Shown piece after piece: positions 33,949-38,755 of a stretch of DNA of 38,755 nucleotides. Origin of the DNA: a virus (lineage: Duplodnaviria > Caudoviricetes); the IMG/VR virus record IMGVR_UViG_3300025030_000257, positions 1-38,755 of that record; one strand, written 5' to 3'. Position 1 is the first letter of the stretch. Each line of letters starts with the position of its first letter. The notes under the pieces were generated by a model. It did not search any database. It was given only the letters and a program-made list of their open reading frames with translations, and was not told where the DNA came from. Both the position numbers and the translations under genes were made by a program.

Positions 33949-34150
33949 TTCTTTAGCGAAGCAGGGGAGGGAGTATGAAACTCATTCAACACATCGCCGC
34001 CACTGCCGCATGGCTAACCCTCATGTACTTGGTGATCGCATGAACAAGGGCCAATTAAATGACGCAATAGCGGAGGGAATGGCAAGGGTGGTGGTTCTTA
34101 TCATGATGCTAACATTTATTCTCTATTTTTTCGGGAACTAGGGGGCAGTC

Positions 34151-34573
34151 ATGCAGTGTCCAAAATGCAATGAACAAATGAGTCACCAGCAGAGGGTATT
34201 TAGCAGGGAAAGCACAATTGACGGCCAGTACGGGGAAGCATCGTTCACATCGGGCATGAGTTGTTGGAACTGCGGCAAATGGATTGATGACCCGTTTAAA
34301 CAAGCAATGCCGTTTCCGGGTAAATATCAGCGAATCAAGGTGGAGCGAAGGATTACCGCAACAGACCGCATCATCATGGCGAACAGGGCGCTGGTTCTCA
34401 ACCTCTGCGCCGCTGGCGAATCCTCCGCGCAGATTGCCAGGATACTTCAATTCGGCAACGCCCACGCACGATGCAGGGCAAACGCGGTGCAGGTTAGCAT
34501 ATCACGACTCCAATTGGGGGTACTCGATGGGCTGCAACAACGAGAGGACGCTACAGCGAGCACAACAGAATAG
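34151..34573 (+). CDS. Zn-ribbon + HTH hypothetical protein
   Basis: MQCPKC...CWNCG; GESSAQIARIL. Confidence 0.65.
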   Translation: MQCPKCNEQMSHQQRVFSRESTIDGQYGEASFTSGMSCWNCGKWIDDPFKQAMPFPGKYQRIKVERRITATDRIIMANRALVLNLCAAGESSAQIARILQFGNAHARCRANAVQVSISRLQLGVLDGLQQREDATASTTE

Positions 34574-34679
34574 GGACTACTCGGAACATCCTGATTATTG
34601 GCGGGATGATTATGAGGTGCCGGGGTTTGAAGAAGAGGAGGCCGAAGATGAAGTGGATATTGAAGACCAAATGGAGTGA
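34527..34679 (+). CDS. Small acidic hypothetical protein
   Basis: GGGGG RBS; MGCNNERTLQRAQQ...EEEEAEDE. Confidence 0.45.
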   Translation: MGCNNERTLQRAQQNRDYSEHPDYWRDDYEVPGFEEEEAEDEVDIEDQME

Positions 34680-34800
34680 CGGGCGGGAATCGGAATTGAT
34701 GTTTCGCAACCCGATTGACGCAACCCGCCACAAGGAGTCAATGGATGCGGTATTCGGGGATGACATTTCCAGTATGACAATCGAAAGGAGCGAAGGATGA
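34648..34800 (+). CDS. Small hypothetical protein
   Basis: GAGGAGG RBS; MKWILKTKWSDG. Confidence 0.55.
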   Translation: MKWILKTKWSDGRESELMFRNPIDATRHKESMDAVFGDDISSMTIERSEG

Positions 34801-34958
34801 AGTTTGAAGTGACGATCCCATACACTACCGGCCCTTGGTACACGGGATATTCAACAGCAGATAACGCGGTTCAGGCTATGTCGCTGGTCCTGATGGACGC
34901 GATAAACGCGGGGTTTTTGGGAAAGCATAAGAAGATTCAGGTCAAAGAAGTCAAATAG
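34797..34958 (+). CDS. 53-aa hypothetical protein
   Basis: AAGGAG RBS; MKFEVTIPYTTG...ADNAVQA. Confidence 0.55.
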   Translation: MKFEVTIPYTTGPWYTGYSTADNAVQAMSLVLMDAINAGFLGKHKKIQVKEVK

Positions 34959-35020
34959 AAAAGGCGCTTTGCAGAGCGCCAGTTCCAACAACAAAATCAC
35001 GGAAGGAGGGTACACAAAAA

Positions 35021-35467
35021 ATGGCAATGTCGCAAGCCTATAAAAATGAGTGGCAGCGGAAAGCCAGAAGTGAATTTCAAAAGAAGCACGGCTTCTCGAC
35101 CGCCTCTAATTATTCAAACAACAAGATCAGGTTAGAGATTCTGGAGCGGGATAACTACTCATGTGTGGCCTGCGGCATGACCGACGAGCAGCACAAGGCC
35201 AGGTGGGGCAGACCCATAACCGTGGATCACAAAGACAGAAACCGCAAAAACAACACCCATGAAAACCTGCAGACACTTTGCCTGTCCTGCCACGGAAGGA
35301 AAGACCAGTCCTGGTATCTGAAGCTGGCCAAGGCTCCTATCTACAAGGCTGAGATACTAGCCATGAGAGCCGAAGGCAAATCCTACAAGAACATCGCACA
35401 TGCGCTCGATCTGAGCATAGGCACAATTTGGAAATGGACCCAGAGATGGGAAGGAGAGAACAAATGA
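35021..35467 (+). CDS. HNH endonuclease with C-terminal HTH
   Basis: ILERDNYSCVACG...TVDHKD.N..NN..ENLQTLCLSCH. Confidence 0.9.
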   Translation: MAMSQAYKNEWQRKARSEFQKKHGFSTASNYSNNKIRLEILERDNYSCVACGMTDEQHKARWGRPITVDHKDRNRKNNTHENLQTLCLSCHGRKDQSWYLKLAKAPIYKAEILAMRAEGKSYKNIAHALDLSIGTIWKWTQRWEGENK

Positions 35468-36384
35468 GCAACATTATCCCTATGGCAAGAGAAGCACAAT
35501 CACCTGTAGCCGTGCCTGATTCCGTTATCGAGGAATACTTGGTCAGCTTCGGGAATAAGCTAAAAGACACCCACCGCCGACAATTCATCCAGATATGCAA
35601 GGCTTTTCAGCTGAACCCTTTTATCCGCGAGATTTACGGCATCCAGTACGGCGAAAACTTCAACATCATTGTTGGATACGAGGTTTACCTGAAGCGGGCG
35701 GAACGTAGCGGCATACTGACAGGGTGGAAGGCTTGGACCGAAGGAGAAGGCGACGACATGAGGGGCTGCATCGAAATACATCGTCGTGACTGGACACAAC
35801 CCTTCTATCACGAGGTTTATTTCTCTGAGTATGACCAGAAGAACACCATGTGGAAAACCAAGGCACGAACCATGATCAAAAAGGTTGCCATCGCCCAGGC
35901 ATTCCGCATGGCATTCCCCGAGGAACTTGGCGGAATGCCGTACACATCGGATGAAATTGTCGTACAGGGAGAGACGGTAAATGTTGCCACCGGAGAAATT
36001 ACACAGCCCCAAGGCAAACCGTCCGTTCAGCAGCCACAAACAAAGGCCGCACCGGCAACAGACAATGGAGACAAGGCGACGGAAGGCCAAGTCAAGATGC
36101 TCCATGTAAAGCTGAAGCAAGGCGGTGTGTCCGAGGCCAGCTTCAAAGCCCACTACAAAATTAACAGCGTCTCTGATCTTCCCAAGTCACTTGTCAATGA
36201 TGCTATCAAGGCAATCGGCGCCGGGGAAATCAAATCGGCGGAAGCTGCCACCACAGCCGAACCGGAAAAGGCAGCCGAGCCAGAAACAGAAGTCACGCTG
36301 ATCCAGTGTAAGAACTGCGGCGAGATGGTGGACCCCGTCAAGAACACCGGCCACATGCTGGATTGCCCTTACGCGGGAAACTGA
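35464..36384 (+). CDS. bet: Bet/RecT-family single-strand annealing protein
   Basis: FIQICKAFQLNPFIREIY...AERSG...EY....MW.TK.RTMIKKVAIAQAFRMAFP..LGGMPYT.DE. Confidence 0.9.
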   Translation: MSNIIPMAREAQSPVAVPDSVIEEYLVSFGNKLKDTHRRQFIQICKAFQLNPFIREIYGIQYGENFNIIVGYEVYLKRAERSGILTGWKAWTEGEGDDMRGCIEIHRRDWTQPFYHEVYFSEYDQKNTMWKTKARTMIKKVAIAQAFRMAFPEELGGMPYTSDEIVVQGETVNVATGEITQPQGKPSVQQPQTKAAPATDNGDKATEGQVKMLHVKLKQGGVSEASFKAHYKINSVSDLPKSLVNDAIKAIGAGEIKSAEAATTAEPEKAAEPETEVTLIQCKNCGEMVDPVKNTGHMLDCPYAGN

Positions 36385-36385
36385 C

Positions 36386-36991
36386 ATGGGAGCCAAAACC
36401 TACACATTCGATGAAGAAACCCACACCCACCGCATAGGTGGGCAGAAGGTGCCCGGGATAACAACAGTCATTGACCCACTGTATGACTGGAGCGGGATAC
36501 CGAAGCATATCCTGGAGGCGGCCAAGCAGTATGGTTCCGCGGTCCATAAGGTTGTCGAACTCTACTGCACGGATTCTCTCGATGTGGCAGTTCTTGATCC
36601 TAGTCTGCGTCCGGTGCTGACAGCGTTCCCTCAGTGGCTCAAAGATTATGGATTCAACAAGTCTGATTTTATTGTCGAGCTTCCAATGGGTGACCCGGCT
36701 CTAAGGTATGCGGGGATACCGGACCTTATCTTGGATGGGAAGTTGATCGTGGAGATTAAAAGTCGAGCCTTCAACCAATTGTCTGACCCTCTGCAGCTGG
36801 TAGCACAGGAAAATCTCTGGATTAAAAATAGTGGAGCAAGAACCAAGTATGAACACCGTGTTCTTGAGATACGCCAGGACGGTTCATACAAATACACCAA
36901 GGCCAATGACAAGCAGAGTTGGCCCAGGTTCCGTAAGTTGCTCGATTTCTATTGGGACAAAAGGATGATCGAATCATGGAAAACAGCATAG
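36386..36991 (+). CDS. PD-(D/E)XK exonuclease
   Basis: TFDEETHTH...VPGITTVI...GSAVH...YAGIPDL...VEIKS...QL; follows bet. Confidence 0.85.
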   Translation: MGAKTYTFDEETHTHRIGGQKVPGITTVIDPLYDWSGIPKHILEAAKQYGSAVHKVVELYCTDSLDVAVLDPSLRPVLTAFPQWLKDYGFNKSDFIVELPMGDPALRYAGIPDLILDGKLIVEIKSRAFNQLSDPLQLVAQENLWIKNSGARTKYEHRVLEIRQDGSYKYTKANDKQSWPRFRKLLDFYWDKRMIESWKTA

Positions 36992-37524
36992 TGCCTTTCG
37001 GTTTTTGCCATTGTGGATGCGGAGGTAAAACCGCCATCTCACAAGATAATGACCAATCAAACAACAGAATCAAAGGTATGCCAATGCGCTACCTGACTGG
37101 TCATCATGTAAGAGGCAGGAAAGGTGAGAAGTGCGGAAAGTGGAAGGGTGGAAGGGTTGTCACTGCCAGCGGGTATGTCCTTGTCCATCGGGAAGATCAT
37201 CCGAGGGCTGATAAATATGGGTACGTACACGAACACATCCTCGTTGTTGAGGAAAACTACGGAAGGCACCTTCATCCTCAAAACGTCGTTCACCACATCA
37301 ATGGGATTAAGGCTGACAACCGAATTGAAAATCTTTTGGTGTGTGAAAACACTTCCGCCCACACACAGCTACATACCAGCCTGAGAGCTGAATCAGAGTG
37401 TGGAAACGCCGACTGGCGTAGGTGTTTCGTGTGTAAAAAGTATGATGATCCAACAAAAATGGTTTTTCATTGTGGGTCTTATGTCCATGCGGCATGCAAC
37501 AAAGAGAGACGCAGAAAAAAATAA
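36976..37524 (+). CDS. HNH homing endonuclease
   Basis: CHCGCG; WKGG...GYV...HPRA...YVHEH..V.E...VVHHINGIKADNRIENL. Confidence 0.9.
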   Translation: MENSIVPFGFCHCGCGGKTAISQDNDQSNNRIKGMPMRYLTGHHVRGRKGEKCGKWKGGRVVTASGYVLVHREDHPRADKYGYVHEHILVVEENYGRHLHPQNVVHHINGIKADNRIENLLVCENTSAHTQLHTSLRAESECGNADWRRCFVCKKYDDPTKMVFHCGSYVHAACNKERRRKK

Positions 37525-37532
37525 AATAATTC

Positions 37533-38267
37533 ATGAAGGAACAAATGACCGCTCAAGCGCAAGTAATAGCAATAAGCCCGGAAGTCGAACTGGAAGCCAA
37601 GTGTTTAAGCCTTTACGAGCAGGCCACAAGCCTGACCGTTTCCAATCCTGAAACCTACGCGGCAGCCGGCGAACTCGGCAAGGGGCTTAAAGCACTGGAG
37701 AAGGAAATCACGGAATACTTTGAACCGCTCCGCATCGCCGCAAAGGCGAACTATGATGCAGTACTGAAAAAGAAGAATGACGAACTGGCACCAGTAACGG
37801 AAGCAATGGGGATCGTCCGCACCAGCATGAACACCTATCTCCAGGAACAGGACCGGATCCGCAGGGAAGAAGAGCGCAAGGCGCGGATTGCCGCTGAAGA
37901 AGTTGCCAAGAAAGAGCGCGAACGTCTGGAAGCGCAAGCACTCAAGGCGATGGAAAAGGGCAAAGACGAAAAGGCCGAATCCCTTATGGAGAAGGCAGAA
38001 AACGTGTATGCGGCTCCAGTTAATATCGCCCCGGTTGTTGATAAGACAATCCGCACGGCAGCCGGAAATATCACCCAAGCGAAAGATATCAAGGTTACCG
38101 TTATGCAGCTGATCCCCTTCCTGTTGGAGCTCTGCGAAAAGAATCCCGGTGCCGTGCCGAATCTTATCAAGGTCAATGATGGACCGCTCAAGGCGTTTGT
38201 GAAGACGAACGGGCTCAGGGCGTTTAAGGGCCTGGTGATCGAAGAGGTTTCCGGTGTGAGGTTTTAA
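37533..38267 (+). CDS. Coiled-coil protein of phage recombination module
   Basis: Long E/K/A heptad region; C-terminal KAFVK...FKGLVIEE; stop codon lies in a TTTTAAC core. Confidence 0.75.
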   Translation: MKEQMTAQAQVIAISPEVELEAKCLSLYEQATSLTVSNPETYAAAGELGKGLKALEKEITEYFEPLRIAAKANYDAVLKKKNDELAPVTEAMGIVRTSMNTYLQEQDRIRREEERKARIAAEEVAKKERERLEAQALKAMEKGKDEKAESLMEKAENVYAAPVNIAPVVDKTIRTAAGNITQAKDIKVTVMQLIPFLLELCEKNPGAVPNLIKVNDGPLKAFVKTNGLRAFKGLVIEEVSGVRF

Positions 38268-38313
38268 CGGCCTCTGGCTGAACCGCTCCGGCGGGTCGTG
38301 CCAGTGGTTAAAT
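38262..38313 (+). repeat. attC-like site E
   Basis: TTTTAAC-ggcct-CTGGC-tGA-aCCGC pairs with GCGGg-TC-(g)t-GCCAG-tg-GTTAAAT; 52 bp. Confidence 0.7.
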
Positions 38314-38332
38314 GAGCGAAAGGAGAACCAAA

Positions 38333-38725
38333 ATGGATTTGAGCAAGTGCGGGGGGATATGTCGTGGAGCATGTAAGCACTACGCAATAGGTGTTGAATG
38401 TCCACCAGAAGCTACTTATGAGCCGAGAGAATTGAAGCCGATCACTCTCTCTGACATCAAAGAGTGGATGCAGGTTACCGAGGGCAAAGGGGGAGCCGGG
38501 CGTCGTGACCTCATGAAGTGGCTTATCGCCGAAGTCGAAGGGCTTTCTCTCCACGGGAAAACATGGGAGAAGGTCGCAAAAGACGCACACAAGCAGATAG
38601 AAAAGCTGAAAGGGGCTCTGAAAGAGGTTTCTGGCTGCCATGGGAACCACGGCACCCCTAAACTCTGTGACGGTTGCCTCATATCAATTTATGACGCGCT
38701 GGACGAGGACGAACCGGACCATTAG
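38333..38725 (+). CDS. Cys-rich hypothetical protein (cassette 5)
   Basis: AAGGAG RBS; CGG.C...C.H and C.......LC..C; lies between attC E and F. Confidence 0.7.
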   Translation: MDLSKCGGICRGACKHYAIGVECPPEATYEPRELKPITLSDIKEWMQVTEGKGGAGRRDLMKWLIAEVEGLSLHGKTWEKVAKDAHKQIEKLKGALKEVSGCHGNHGTPKLCDGCLISIYDALDEDEPDH

Positions 38726-38733
38726 CAGAGTCC

Positions 38734-38755
38734 ATTTAACGGTTCAAGCATCACC
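38734..38755 (+). repeat. Start of attC-like site F (cut by window end)
   Basis: ATTTAAC-GGTT; exact complement of the GTTAAAT that opens this cassette. Confidence 0.6.

Larger units (their letters stand above)
4347..38755. mobile_element. Temperate P22-like podophage genome (non-integrated gene order)
   Basis: Complete packaging, head, short-tail, ejection, lysis, integration, immunity and recombination modules; no tape measure or sheath gene. Confidence 0.9.

Noticed and set aside
37605-38405. 266-aa minus-strand ORF
   Set aside because: Shadow of the coiled-coil gene; composition reflects the reverse-complement codons.
1-38755. tRNA/rRNA genes and Mu terminal repeats
   Set aside because: No cloverleaf/T-loop consensus or MuA-binding end arrays recognised by eye; tRNAscan was not run.

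Overview
Most of the window (about 4.3-38.75 kb) is a temperate, P22-like podophage of a Gram-negative host. It is in its non-integrated arrangement, because the late operon abuts attP-int. Gene order: terS, terL, portal, GroES, scaffold, cement, major capsid, tail adaptor/nozzle/needle, radical SAM, GNAT, three ejection proteins, tailspike, lysis genes, second beta-helix spike, attP, tyrosine integrase, cI/cro switch, early genes, Bet/Exo flanked by HNH genes. The first ~1.4 kb is instead Mu-like (GemA/DUF1018, Mor). The most striking element is a set of integron-type gene cassettes inside the phage early operons, with attC-like sites at 1438, 2004, 2414, 2888, 3540, 38262 and 38734 and no integron integrase in the window. 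Each cassette starts and ends with mutually complementary cores (up to 10/10 bp). In two cases the RBS, start codon and a Cys-rich N-terminal peptide lie in the loop of the upstream attC and fuse in the same frame across the crossover, so shuffling would build chimeric proteins. Other oddities: a tailspike with a lipoprotein signal peptide plus several other signal-peptide late proteins, a GDGT-MAS/Tes-like radical SAM in the tail/ejection module, an Acr/Aca-like moron, a small-protein/attenuator element before the head genes, an antisense membrane peptide after the ejection genes, and a relic GH19 endolysin. All calls come from reading motifs by eye; no database searches were run.
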